From: Andalucia godoyi And28
Lineage: Eukaryota > Protista > Jakobida
Assembly: GCA_009859145.1 (NCBI GenBank)
Contig: VRVR01000016.1
Span: 47,370-111,369 of the forward strand
Direction: 5' to 3'
DNA length: 64,000 nucleotides
Below, piece by piece: positions 21,342 through 32,296 of the stretch; position 1 is the stretch's first letter; the number at the start of each line of letters is the position of its first letter. The notes under the pieces were generated by a model, which did not search any database, was not told the DNA's origin, and saw nothing but the letters and a program-made list of their open reading frames with translations. Both the position numbers and the translations under genes were made by a program.

Positions 21342-23858
21342 ATGGGAAAGGCAAAGAAGGCTACGAAGAAGTTCGTGTCGAAGAATCTTGACAAGACACT
21401 GAAGAAGCGCAATGAAAAGAAAGCTATTCAAAGACGCTTTGAAAAGCGAGAAGACAAGAAGCGTCACCAAACGAACATTGAGAGTGTCATGCACAAGAAT
21501 GACGGTTCCTCGGATGCTGCTCCGACAAATAAAAAAGCCAGCCGCATTGAAATGGCTCAGAAGTCAGGAAAGCCGAAGAAGAGTGTGGAAAACTTGGATA
21601 TGGACGAGTTTTTGAATATGGACGAGAAATCGGCGGGTGAGATGTTTATCGATTCTGACGGCTCTGAAGTTGGGTCTGAGGACGCTGCAACTGCCTCGGG
21701 GTCGAACGATGGTGGTGATGGTGATAGTGCAGAAGAGGGGTTGTTTGAATCGATGGACAATGACAATGATGACGATGACGACGGTATTGTTGGTGCCGAT
21801 CTCGACGATATGGATGAAGATGATTTCCAGAAGCACAAACAGGAACTGGAGGACCTGAAAAAGAAGGATCCCGAGTTCTTTGCCTTCTTGAAGAAGAACG
21901 ACCCGCGGCTTGTCGAATTCGGCAATGACATTATTGGCGAGGACGACGACAACAACAACGACGAGGACGACGACAACGACGAAACTGGGGATGCCAATGG
22001 AAACGAAGACCTTTCTGAGGACGACAATGCGGATGCGGAGGAGAGTCGGCAAAAGTCGGGGACCAAGAAGGCGTCAAAGAAGGAGCTGACAACGGCAATG
22101 ATTGACGAATGGGAGGCAAAAATTACCGGAAAGGACATTTCGCCGCAAGTGTTGAAGAAGCTCCTTTTAGCGTTCCGGTCGGCTTGCCACGTATCGGATG
22201 TTGACACGGACAAGAGCCAGAATCAGCTGAAACATAGCTATCGCATTGAAACAGGAGCACTGTATAACAAAATCATCGTGTGCTGCTTGCGCTCTGTACC
22301 GATGGCCATCTACCGTATGAGCGGTGGATCCGAAGCAGATCTTGAAAAGTCTCCTGTTCCGCTTCCGAAGAACATGAAGGGCTGGAAGAAGAGCGAGATC
22401 TTTGCCAAATCATTTCTTGGAAACCTTTTGCATTTGATGTCTGGATTTTCTTCGCCCTCCATGATTCTGTTCACTTTGCGCCAGCTTGGTTCGGCAATCC
22501 CGTTATTATGTTCATTTACACTCTACACTCGAAAGTGCATGAAGCTGCTCTTGCAATGGCTCTCACATACGGATGAAAAGGTGGCCCTTCGTGCCTACCT
22601 TTGCGTACGCAGTCTTGGAGTCAATGCCCCGTCGCCGTTCATGGTTTCGGTCATGAAGGGTGTGTACATGACCGCGGTCCGCGCCTCAAAGTCTTTGAAT
22701 TACATAACTTTGCCTCGCATTACCTTTTTGACACAGTGTGTGGTTGATTTATGGGGTGCAGAGCTGACGACGGCGTACCAGCTGGCATTCATCTACATTC
22801 GACAGTGCGCAATCCACTTGAGAAATGCGCTCATGCACCCTACCCATGAATCCTTTTCGACAGTTTACAACTGGCAGTTCATCCAGTCTTTGCGCATCTG
22901 GACCGCAGTTCTCAGTCAGTACAGCGATAAGGACCATCCTCTGCGTCCACTTGTGTTCCCGCTTGTCCAAACCATCTCCGCTGCAATTCGACTTGTCCCG
23001 ACAGGGCGATTCTTCCCGCTTCGCTTCGCCTGCGTGAAGATGCTCAACACGCTGTCTCGGCACACTGGATTCTACATCCCTGTTTTCCCGTTCTTGCTGG
23101 AGGTCGCGGCTCACTTTACGGATTCCAAAGTTTCCAAAGACGGGTCTGGTTCGATGGCATCCTCCAAGATTGTCGATCTGACATGTCTTCTGCGAGTATC
23201 AAAGACTATTCTTCGATCCCGCGGGTACCATGACGCTTGCCTTGCAGAAATGCTGGAGCTGTGCACTGAACAGTACGCGATATTGGCCCGCTCCATTGCG
23301 TTCCCTGAAATGACCTTCATCACGCTCAAGTCCTTGAAAAAATTTGCAAAGGACACTCGTTCTCCAGCGATCAAAAAGAAGATTGGCGCATTGATTGACA
23401 AGCTGGAAGAGAACTCGAGATTGATTGTGAAGAAGCGCGACGACGCCAACATTGCTCCAAAGGATGTTGAACAGGCCCACGCGTTTGGCGACTTGTTGAC
23501 CGAGAACGCCGAACTTCCGATTGAGAAATTCTATCGCCAAGAAAAGGAAAAGAGAGACCGAGAAAGGAAGGCGCTTGCAGATGCTGCTCTTCAGGATGAC
23601 GGTCAAGGTATGCAGGATGACGACATGTTTGACAGTGACGACGAAGAGAAGGATCGGAAGGCTGCGGAGTCGAAGAAGAACAAGGGCAAGGACAAAGCAA
23701 AGAATGCAAAGCAGGAGGCCAAGAAGCATTCAAAGGAGGCCAAGCAAGTCATTGCTGACGAGTTCGACAATGGTGATGGTGATGAGGATTATGAAATGCA
23801 GGATGCCAACGACAGTGAAGATGACCGTGTCGAAACCTTTGACGTGTCCAAGTTCTGA
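21342..23858 (+). CDS. NOC2: Nucleolar complex protein 2
   Basis: MGKAKKATKKF start, HKQELEDLKKKDPEFFAFLKKND, YQLAFIYIRQCAIHLRNA, VYNWQFIQSLRIW, and acidic tracts. Confidence 0.95.
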   Translation: MGKAKKATKKFVSKNLDKTLKKRNEKKAIQRRFEKREDKKRHQTNIESVMHKNDGSSDAAPTNKKASRIEMAQKSGKPKKSVENLDMDEFLNMDEKSAGEMFIDSDGSEVGSEDAATASGSNDGGDGDSAEEGLFESMDNDNDDDDDGIVGADLDDMDEDDFQKHKQELEDLKKKDPEFFAFLKKNDPRLVEFGNDIIGEDDDNNNDEDDDNDETGDANGNEDLSEDDNADAEESRQKSGTKKASKKELTTAMIDEWEAKITGKDISPQVLKKLLLAFRSACHVSDVDTDKSQNQLKHSYRIETGALYNKIIVCCLRSVPMAIYRMSGGSEADLEKSPVPLPKNMKGWKKSEIFAKSFLGNLLHLMSGFSSPSMILFTLRQLGSAIPLLCSFTLYTRKCMKLLLQWLSHTDEKVALRAYLCVRSLGVNAPSPFMVSVMKGVYMTAVRASKSLNYITLPRITFLTQCVVDLWGAELTTAYQLAFIYIRQCAIHLRNALMHPTHESFSTVYNWQFIQSLRIWTAVLSQYSDKDHPLRPLVFPLVQTISAAIRLVPTGRFFPLRFACVKMLNTLSRHTGFYIPVFPFLLEVAAHFTDSKVSKDGSGSMASSKIVDLTCLLRVSKTILRSRGYHDACLAEMLELCTEQYAILARSIAFPEMTFITLKSLKKFAKDTRSPAIKKKIGALIDKLEENSRLIVKKRDDANIAPKDVEQAHAFGDLLTENAELPIEKFYRQEKEKRDRERKALADAALQDDGQGMQDDDMFDSDDEEKDRKAAESKKNKGKDKAKNAKQEAKKHSKEAKQVIADEFDNGDGDEDYEMQDANDSEDDRVETFDVSKF

Positions 23859-23923
23859 ATCCGCAATATCCTTTTTGTAAAGTGAGCTGCTGCTGCTGTT
23901 GCTTGTTAGACTGCTTTTTATTA

Positions 23924-24442
23924 TTATTGCATTTCTTTGGTCGATATTCTGGTCACCAGCTGGGACTCTAGGTTTTGGAATTGGGTCGTCGGCGGCAGCT
24001 TGAGAAAACTGGAAATCAGCGTTGTGTCTGCTGCGCCTCCCACGGTAATGGGAACCATCTGCGCACCGTGTACTTGAGAAATAATAGAATCCACGTATTT
24101 CTCATTGGCTGGGTTGAATATTCCCACCAAAACACTTCTCGACGTCGCCTGGATTCCGAATATGGACAATGACTGAGCTATGCTTGTGGACGGGGACAGG
24201 CAGTACACGAGCTCCGCATGCAACGACTTGGTCTTCATCTTCCCATGTTCAAAGTTTGAAATCGCTCGGTTCAGTGCACAAAGCAGGTGGAACTCAGACA
24301 ACACATACCGCGCATCCATGAATGCAGCATCCAACTTTGCTTCTCGAATACTCTGCAGCAGTGATTCCGCATTCAGCACATTCTCAAAGTGGTACACATA
24401 AAAATCATACGCCGGATGCGATTCAACTTTAAACAATTTCAT
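23924..24442 (-). CDS. CGI121: EKC/KEOPS complex subunit Cgi121/TPRKB
   Basis: Motifs F.NV.NA..L, HLLCALNRA, KMKTKSLHAELVYCLSPSTSIAQSLSIFGI; 172 aa. Confidence 0.92.
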   Translation of the reverse strand: MKLFKVESHPAYDFYVYHFENVLNAESLLQSIREAKLDAAFMDARYVLSEFHLLCALNRAISNFEHGKMKTKSLHAELVYCLSPSTSIAQSLSIFGIQATSRSVLVGIFNPANEKYVDSIISQVHGAQMVPITVGGAADTTLISSFLKLPPTTQFQNLESQLVTRISTKEMQ

Positions 24443-25325
24443 TCTGGCAATATTGATTATTATTATTTTAGAAAGATATATATATAATAATAATAATTGC
24501 TGTTGTTTTGCGCTTTTCCCTCCGTCGCTTCTTTGTGTATTCCCAAAATGTCGTTAATACTCGCAATTTCCATGCATTTCGTCCTGCTGACGTTTTGAAT
24601 CACTTGTCTTTTTTGCTTGGTGTTTGTGCACGCCTGTTTCTCCCTCGATGCAACCCACCAAAAGCAAACAGGAGGAAAAGCTTTGCCACTACGAACAGCA
24701 GTTACGCACGCCTTCGCCAGATTTCTATCGCTCTCCGCAGCTGTCTTGCTCAGAATGTCTTACTTCCAAGCACACTTTCGATTCGGCAACAGCACCAATC
24801 GAATGAGCATTTCTGCCTGTTGATGGTGGGGTCGGGGTTGCATCAGCGAAGCAACAATGCAAGACCCGCCGCCATATTGCCCATCGAAACAACGGTACTT
24901 GCACATGTGTATCAGTTACAACTGTCGTCCGCATCGGGTTCTACCGAAACGGAAGGAACGGTGTTCTCAACGGGATCAGTCAAACCTTGAAAACGGAAGG
25001 CCTCGTTGTGCAGAAGAAGCTCACGGCACGGCAAGTGCTACCATGAGGATCACATGCAGCAACCGGACCCAAAGAAGGAAACGCAGGCAGAGTCGTCGGG
25101 AACAGCAAGCGCTTTTCGAAGAACGCAAAAGCCGCGTCTCTTCAAAGACTGCTCAACTTGCGAGATTTCGAACGCTGCGCGGCATTCTACAGGAATGATG
25201 CAAAAAGGCACCACGTGATCTGGGAGCATCATGCGCGGAGGAGGCTGTATGCGATGGGAAAGGATCGTCACCTGCGTCCACAGCGGCTGTCGTTGTTTGG
25301 ACAAGCGGACTGCAGAACAAAACCA

Positions 25326-25361
<36 letters not shown>

Positions 25362-25417
25362 GATCTAAAATTTACTCGAAAACCGAAAATGCAGACGTGC
25401 ACTTTCACACATTTCTT

Positions 25418-26971
25418 CTACGTAGAATTAGCACGATCTAGAGATAAAGACCACGTTTGGAAGCTCCGAAGCCACGAGTAGAACGGCGACTCCAAGGCTT
25501 GCACAAGCTTTTGCCAGACCCGGACATAAACCCAGATCCCCATCAGGCTAAGTCGCAGACGCAGTCTATTTCTCCACGACACAAGCTGCTGGATGTGCGG
25601 TCTGAGTGCCATCGTTTGTGGTGAGCTGGGCGCATAGGACTGAACAGCCCTGTTGGCGGCGCTACCAAGGACCAAAAAGTAATCTGTGGGCAATCCAAGG
25701 TCCATTTGCACGGATCTCATGAGATCGTTACACTTGAACAAGAGAAGCATTTGAGAAGGCACGGAGGACAGAACATTCGTCATTTGCGCGATTTCAGCGG
25801 ATCCAATGTTCTTCAAGGCATCTCGCTCCGATGCAGATGCCTTTTGGTGAAAGGCAACAGGTGCTTGTTCCCAGTGTCGAGACGTCATCATGGTTGCCAG
25901 CAATGGATACAAGCTCTCCTTGACCCCCAGCCGCACCGCAGAATCTCGAACCCCGGATTTGTCCTTTAACAGCAAGTTTAGCCATAGGTTTGCATACTCG
26001 AGCCTAAAATCATCATCAAGCTGTCTGTACAACCCGTGATCCAGCAGCACCAGCTGCCCCTTCTCGTTGATCATCAAGTTTCCTGGATGTGGGTCGCAGT
26101 GGACCCACCCGGCATTGAATATTTGGTACGAAAAGGTCTCGGAAATCAGACGAGACACGCGAAAAGGGGAAATACCAATGCGCGACAATTCGCCAAGATC
26201 AGTCACTTTCGTCCCCCGAACATACTCCATTGTAAGAACCGTCTTGCATGTGAGCGGCCACTCGATCGTCGGAACAACAACGTCGTGATTGTCTTTGAAT
26301 ACTTGTCGCGTTCGGTCTGCATTATGTCCCTCCAAAACGAAGTTGCTTTCTGCGGGGATGTTCGCTTCAAATTCTCGAATCAACCATCCGAGCTTGAACT
26401 TTGGGAAGAGGAATTCGACTGCGCGGCACATGAGATCAATCGTGCGACAGTCCGTTTCGAGATACTCCTGAAGACGCGGATATTGGACCTTGACCGCGAC
26501 CTCCCGCCCGTCCTTCAGAACTGCCCGGTGGACCTGCGCCAACGAAGCTGCAGCAATCGGCACCGGCTCAAACTCGGAAAAGTTGTTATCCAAAAATTGC
26601 GGGTCTCTGAACTCCTTTCCCAGAAACTCCTTGATTTCATCAAACGGTCGAAATGGGGCCTTGTCTTGACAAACCTTACAAGGATCCGTCCACTCGCGAG
26701 GAAGCACCTGGTTCATCGCCGAAATATGCTGCCCAGCCTTGATAAACACGGATCCAAGATCAAGAAATGTCTGGGCAAGTCGCATGGAAGATCGCAAGTG
26801 AATCTCTGCAATGTCGTCATCCGAGAACTTGTAATCAAGTGAAATCCGACCTACTGCATATGCAGCCTTTGAAAGCCGTACAACATTGAACTGGTCTTGG
26901 ACGTACGCAAGTCCGCCGAGTGCAATGCTTGTTCCCCCAAAAAGGAGAGCAGCTCGACGACTCGTCCACAT
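25418..26971 (-). CDS. ABC1/UbiB atypical kinase (ADCK1-like), probably mitochondrial
   Basis: Motifs FIKAGQ, PIAAASLAQVHRAVLKDGREVAVKVQYP, VHCDPHPGN and LLDHGLY. ATG at 26971. Confidence 0.92.
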   Translation of the reverse strand: MWTSRRAALLFGGTSIALGGLAYVQDQFNVVRLSKAAYAVGRISLDYKFSDDDIAEIHLRSSMRLAQTFLDLGSVFIKAGQHISAMNQVLPREWTDPCKVCQDKAPFRPFDEIKEFLGKEFRDPQFLDNNFSEFEPVPIAAASLAQVHRAVLKDGREVAVKVQYPRLQEYLETDCRTIDLMCRAVEFLFPKFKLGWLIREFEANIPAESNFVLEGHNADRTRQVFKDNHDVVVPTIEWPLTCKTVLTMEYVRGTKVTDLGELSRIGISPFRVSRLISETFSYQIFNAGWVHCDPHPGNLMINEKGQLVLLDHGLYRQLDDDFRLEYANLWLNLLLKDKSGVRDSAVRLGVKESLYPLLATMMTSRHWEQAPVAFHQKASASERDALKNIGSAEIAQMTNVLSSVPSQMLLLFKCNDLMRSVQMDLGLPTDYFLVLGSAANRAVQSYAPSSPQTMALRPHIQQLVSWRNRLRLRLSLMGIWVYVRVWQKLVQALESPFYSWLRSFQTWSLSLDRANST

Positions 26972-27802
26972 AGGGGGCACCAAAAGAAGTTCCTCACTTT
27001 TTGTCAAACTTTACAAGGAACACTTCAAAGAGCAACGGCACCAACGTAACACCATCATCAGGGCTTGTGTTGCACATTGCGAACACACAGCAAGCCTTTT
27101 GCTGGTTCGGAAGGGGGGAGGGGGGTTCCACAGCAACACGACGAAGAAATAAAAGAATTGAGGAACTTGAGGTGTGTCATGTGTGTGTTTGCGTGTGTGC
27201 GTACGTCAGGACGTCTTTTGCTGGTGCGAGTGAACGGCCCGCGAGGTTGCGAGGGTCCAGGCGGTCTCTCTCGCACTTGGTAAGTGCATGAAGTTGTCCG
27301 TGAGACGTCAACCACAGCACCGGCAGTCACATACAGAGGGAATGCACCGGCGCACTGTCGAAGAAGAAGAAGCCCTTATAACAAGCGAGCGCAACGAGTT
27401 TATTGGTAATAGTTGTTCTGTTTGTCGAGTGCGATTTTCCTCTTTCTCTTCCCTCTCCTTCTCCAACACCCTCTTGCACAGGCTCTCTTCTTGGAACACA
27501 TGAAATACAAGTACAAGCAACAGCCAAACCACAACATCACAACAATAATCTCGCAGCACACACCGCGCTGAAACGAAAGAGGCTGGTCCGATTGCAACAA
27601 GGACAACAAATAACACCCACAGAAGGAATAACAGGAAAACACACAGCAGAGCAAGCGTTGACAGCAGGTACATTACGTCGTCCACCACCACCACCAAATT
27701 TAAAAATTAAAAATTAAAATAAAAAAAGGAAAAGACCAGGAGGAAGAAGAAGAAGAAAAAAAAGAAAAGGCAGAATCGGGGCTGGGACGCGCGCGAGGAG
27801 CT

Positions 27803-29854
27803 TCAAGGGCGATGGAGGGACTGAACGCCGTTCTTGGAAATTTCATACTTGTGGGCGGAAATGTAGTCGCCGGCGATAGGAGCCATGACGCAGTGATCCG
27901 GGATACCGAAAGCATCCACAAGGTCCACAGCACGAGGACGGATGATACGGCAGAGCTTGACGATTTCTTCCTCGATTGCATCGGCCTTCGAAGGAGCAAA
28001 ATAGCGGTACTGCATGTACCAGCCCATGGACTCCTTGATGCGCTGCAACGCATACAGCCCAGTCATGACGTGGAGAATGTCCCGGATGCTGGCTGGTGCC
28101 TTCTCAAGAGCCTTCAAGGACTCCTCCAAGATGTACTTGTTTGTGAACGCCAGCGCAAGATCCTGCACAATATGCAAATTCGAATTCCAGGCATCAAAGA
28201 AGGACATCTTGTTGGCGCCACGGGTCTTGGAACGCATCGAATCTGCCAGCTTCAGAGTAAGGCGATTCACACGATACTCAAAAGCACGCTCCCACATTTC
28301 AGTGTCCATGAGCTTGTGCTCGGCAGTCTGGCGCTTGTTGACGGAGTTCTTGTCACGCACTGCAGTGTACACGCGCTGCCCAACCAAGTTCACCATGGAA
28401 GTAAAGTACTCTCCCTTCTTGAACAAGTTCTGGAAATCCTTGAGCAGAGATTGCGCAACTTGCTGGACAAGAATATCGTTCGAGCCCTCGTAGGTGATTG
28501 CAATGTCAGAGTCAACCTTCAGCAGACCAATGCGGTTGGCCAGAGCGTATCCGTGACCTCCGCAGATCTCACGGCACACTTGCAGAACATCAGCATTGTG
28601 CCAAGAAGTCACTGCCTTCAATCCGGAGGCGATGACATGGATATCCTTCATGGTCTCTTCATCGCGCTTTGCAAAAAGCTTCTTCAAGGCGTTCGTCGCC
28701 ATCTGGTGAGCATACACCGTTGCCAACCGAGGCAGAAGTTTTTGCTGGATCGTTGAGAAGTCCAAGATTGGGATCTCCGGATTTCCAGGCTTCTCGGAGA
28801 ACTGCCGGCGCTGGTTTGCATACTTGATTGCAATCAGCAAACCAAGCTTGGAAAACTGTGTCGTGGCTGTGCAAATGGAGACACGTCCTCCAACCAGCTC
28901 ACCAATCATTGCTGCAAAGCGCTGCGTGGCATTTGGCTTCAAGGTGGTGTACGAGCCATCCGGTGCAACATCCGAGAAACGGTTGAGCAAGTTCTCGCGC
29001 GGAATCCTCACGTTATGGAACCAGATTCGCCCATTGTCGACCCCCTGCAAGCCAAGCTTGTGTCCGCAGTCCGCAATCTGCACTCCAGCGCACAAAGTGC
29101 CGTCGTCCTTGCGCAACGGAACAACAAACGTGTGCACCCCCAAGTTCTCTCCTTTCAAAATTAAGTTTGCGAACACCGTCGCCATCTTTCCGTGCAATGC
29201 TGCGTTTCCGATCCAGTACTTCTGCGCAGTGTCGGTCGGTGTATGAATGATGAATTCCTGTGTTGCCGGATCGTATCTCGCTTCGGTTTCAATTCCACGA
29301 ACATTCGATCCATGCGTCAGCTCCGTCATTGCGAAGCATCCCGGGAGTTTTCCAGTCTCAATGTCATCCAAGTACTTCTTATGATGACGCTCAGTTCCCA
29401 GCGAAAGAATGGATCCTCCCCAAAGATTGAACTGGACACCGGCCTTGGTTGACAGCGACCCATCGATGTACGCAATCTCTTCAATGATGGACACAAACTT
29501 CAAAAAGTCGTCACGGAAATCACGGATCTTCAGGCATCCGGTCTCTGCGATGCGCTTCAAACGCTGCATCGTACGCTCGCGTTGTTCAGCCATCGAAAGA
29601 TCAAAGTGCTGATCAAACAGCTTCTCCTTGAATACCTGTCGAAGAATCTCTCTCTCCTTCATATTGTGAGCAGTCAAGAACTGCGTAAGCCCAGAAATCG
29701 AAAACTCGGGACATTCTTCCAGCTTGAACTTGCCAGCAACGCCTTCCAAGGAGAGGCCATTCGAAAAGGAACCTTCGGATCCACCACACTCGACCTCGGA
29801 GTCGCAACGAGGACACAGATGATTAAAAAGAACTTCCACACGAGATTTAGACAT
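27803..29854 (-). CDS. Peroxisomal acyl-CoA oxidase with an N-terminal PTS2
   Basis: Motifs [50 protein letters not shown] and [14 protein letters not shown]-terminal RVEVLFNHL fits the RVx5HL consensus. Confidence 0.95.
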   Translation of the reverse strand: MSKSRVEVLFNHLCPRCDSEVECGGSEGSFSNGLSLEGVAGKFKLEECPEFSISGLTQFLTAHNMKEREILRQVFKEKLFDQHFDLSMAEQRERTMQRLKRIAETGCLKIRDFRDDFLKFVSIIEEIAYIDGSLSTKAGVQFNLWGGSILSLGTERHHKKYLDDIETGKLPGCFAMTELTHGSNVRGIETEARYDPATQEFIIHTPTDTAQKYWIGNAALHGKMATVFANLILKGENLGVHTFVVPLRKDDGTLCAGVQIADCGHKLGLQGVDNGRIWFHNVRIPRENLLNRFSDVAPDGSYTTLKPNATQRFAAMIGELVGGRVSICTATTQFSKLGLLIAIKYANQRRQFSEKPGNPEIPILDFSTIQQKLLPRLATVYAHQMATNALKKLFAKRDEETMKDIHVIASGLKAVTSWHNADVLQVCREICGGHGYALANRIGLLKVDSDIAITYEGSNDILVQQVAQSLLKDFQNLFKKGEYFTSMVNLVGQRVYTAVRDKNSVNKRQTAEHKLMDTEMWERAFEYRVNRLTLKLADSMRSKTRGANKMSFFDAWNSNLHIVQDLALAFTNKYILEESLKALEKAPASIRDILHVMTGLYALQRIKESMGWYMQYRYFAPSKADAIEEEIVKLCRIIRPRAVDLVDAFGIPDHCVMAPIAGDYISAHKYEISKNGVQSLHRP

Positions 29855-30215
29855 GCTCGATACTCAACAACAACAACAAAACAAAAACAAAAAAATACAA
29901 GAACAAAACTTCAAAACAAACTAATAAAATAGATAAATAAAGAATGAAGGAAATGAGGGAAAAGGATGAAAAAACCAAAAAAAGCCTGAAACCCATAAAT
30001 GAAAAGATGTCAAAATAGCTTTTTGTCCTGCAGCCTTCCAGCTCAATGGCAAGTGTCAAGTGTGCATCCCCGACTGCGGATCGCCGATCATACAGCAGCT
30101 GGGTGCGAAGCTTTCTGCGGATGTCGGGAAGGGGAGGCCGGGTGAGGGAATATGTGATGGGTTTTACGTAATCAACAGCATCTTTCGTGGGCGTCAAAAG
30201 ACGGGACGACTGGAC

Positions 30216-31232
30216 TCAGGACTGGGTATTCATGCATTGCACGGTTGCAGACACAGCATCTCTGATAGAGGTTCTGTGCCAGGATGGACATGCTGAGCAG
30301 AGCAAGGCTGCATCCATGCTCAGATCCGACGGGCGCTTTCCGCCGAGGTTCATTTGAGCAAGCGTCACCGGATGAACGGTAGCTGCCAGATCCATTGCAG
30401 CAATTTGGCACGTAACGCATCCGAGTTCGTATCTGCTGATTCTATCGGGACCTGCAAGGTTGAATGTGTGTCCAAGCAACGGAGCAAGCACCGCTTCCTT
30501 TTGGCACTGTACTGCATCCGCAACAATCTCAAAGAAGCTGATGATATCTCGAATAAAGATGGGCGTGCGGAACTCGTCGGAGAACAGCTGCACTGGAGTT
30601 CCGCTTGCATTGTTCTGCTTTGTCATTTGCGAATACATCCAATTGAAAAAGGTCCCTCGAGATGGAATGAGCATCGAGTTCGGTCCGAGAACAAGCGCAG
30701 ATCGCAAGAGAATACTTCTTTCCTTCACAGACGCATACTCTGGCTTTGCATACACCAACTCTCCACGCAATTTGGTTTTTCCATATGCTGCAAATGCAGT
30801 ATCCAACAAGAATTCAGGTTCGGTAACCATCGTGTGTCTTCCATCATACACCCAGTCCGTGGACATGTGTACGATAACGGGGACTTTCGCACATTGGTTT
30901 GCAGCCCGAACCACAAGCTCGGTTCCACTCACATTTACTGGGTATCCTTCCGCTTCTGAGCAATTCGAGTTGGTCACTGCAGCAGTGTGAAGAATCAAAT
31001 CAGGCGCGTACTCCACAACAAACTTTGCAAACGCATTTTGGACTGTGGCATCTTCCGATCCAAGATCCACGGAATAAGACACAATGCGTTGGTTTTCAGT
31101 AACTGCGCAAGGAACACGAGACTTGTGGAATGTAAATGCAATGGATTCGCAGAACGCATGGCGCCCAGGCCAGAAATGATCCATACTCACGCTGCCCACA
31201 TACCCAGTTCCGCCAGTAATCAGGATCCTCAT
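30216..31232 (-). CDS. NAD(P)-dependent RmlD / methionine adenosyltransferase II beta-like reductase (extended SDR)
   Basis: Motifs MRILITGGTGYVG, HTAA, HMSTDWVYDG, YGKTK, LFSDEFRTP and RPSDLSMD. ATG at 31232. Confidence 0.88.
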   Translation of the reverse strand: MRILITGGTGYVGSVSMDHFWPGRHAFCESIAFTFHKSRVPCAVTENQRIVSYSVDLGSEDATVQNAFAKFVVEYAPDLILHTAAVTNSNCSEAEGYPVNVSGTELVVRAANQCAKVPVIVHMSTDWVYDGRHTMVTEPEFLLDTAFAAYGKTKLRGELVYAKPEYASVKERSILLRSALVLGPNSMLIPSRGTFFNWMYSQMTKQNNASGTPVQLFSDEFRTPIFIRDIISFFEIVADAVQCQKEAVLAPLLGHTFNLAGPDRISRYELGCVTCQIAAMDLAATVHPVTLAQMNLGGKRPSDLSMDAALLCSACPSWHRTSIRDAVSATVQCMNTQS

Positions 31233-31363
31233 TGTAATTCTTCTCTTTCTCCTTCTTTCAGAACTTACCAAAAAAAAAAAATTCGGAACGAGGAGACGAT
31301 GGCGATAATGATGAGAAAATTGTGCTAACAGAATCAAAGATACAGAAGGAACAAGAAAGGAGC

Positions 31364-31405
31364 GAAGAAGAAGAAGAAGAAGAAGAAGAAGAAGAAGAAG
31401 AAGAA
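31364..31405. repeat. (GAA)14 microsatellite
   Basis: Direct reading. Confidence 0.9.
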
Positions 31406-31583
31406 AGGAAGAAAATCCATAACACCCGCAATGCCCAACTCTTCTGCATGAAGATGAATTGGAACTCCAAAGACTTGGACAACACAAAAACACTCCTCTA
31501 CATACATATTTATTTTATTTTCTTAATTTAAAAAAGGCACATCATAGCACACCGGGAAAACAGGATAGAATACAAACGTAAAA

Positions 31584-31925
31584 TTAGGCGTTGGCGGAAG
31601 ACTGCTTAACGGTCCACGTGGATTTCCATTGAGAGAGCGCAGCCCTTTGCGCTTCAAACAGGCGTCCTTCAGGTGAAAGCATCGCATTCATTCTCGAAAC
31701 AGACGTATTTCTAACCGATCCCGCCGTCCAATCCAGAATCACACAATGAGCACGAAACAAGCACATACAAATACACATACACACACATACACACAGAAGG
31801 AGAGGAGGAGGAAGAAGAAGAGGAAAAAAACCACCATACATTTCGTTGGAGAGCTTGTTAATTCCGTCAAGCTCAGCTAGGATGGCTGCTTGTTCATCTG
31901 TGATCGCAACTTCCGACGAGGACAT
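31584..31925 (-). CDS. Small ~70-aa coiled-coil protein with one probable intron (31711-31839); weak resemblance to DASH/Dam1 subunit Dad2
   Basis: A GTATGG...TTAG 129-nt low-complexity segment sits in frame. The spliced product is MSSSEVAITDEQAAILAELDGINKLSNEINTSVSRMNAMLSPEGRLFEAQRAALSQWKSTWTVKQSSANA. Confidence 0.6.
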   Translation of the reverse strand: MSSSEVAITDEQAAILAELDGINKLSNEMYGGFFPLLLPPPLLLCVCVCMCICMCLFRAHCVILDWTAGSVRNTSVSRMNAMLSPEGRLFEAQRAALSQWKSTWTVKQSSANA

Positions 31926-32296
31926 TCCTTTTTGGAGCTATTCGAAACCCCCCTGTTTCTTCACCGGTAACTTCTGCACGATGTAACGATACAATACAAA
32001 ATCCCTTGTCTGAGTGTGACCGAGTCCAATCCAAGTCGAAAAACACGTACTGTCAAAAACAGACCAAAAGTCTGCATTCTGAAAGGTTTCTGAAGATCTC
32101 GTGGACTTGAGGCAGCACGAGTCGATGTGGCGGGAAAAAAAAAGACTTGGGCAAAACCGCCCGAATGTGATCATTCTCCGTCCTTGCTTTCATTTTCCTT
32201 TGGTTTCCTTTCGTCTTCTTTTGCTTCTTGTCGGGTATTCGCTCCCAGTTTTCCGGGTTGTTGTGAGGTTGGTGTTGGTTCAAATAGGCTGGATTT

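Noticed and set aside
27812-28756. 314-aa plus-strand ORF
   Set aside because: Antisense shadow of acyl-CoA oxidase.
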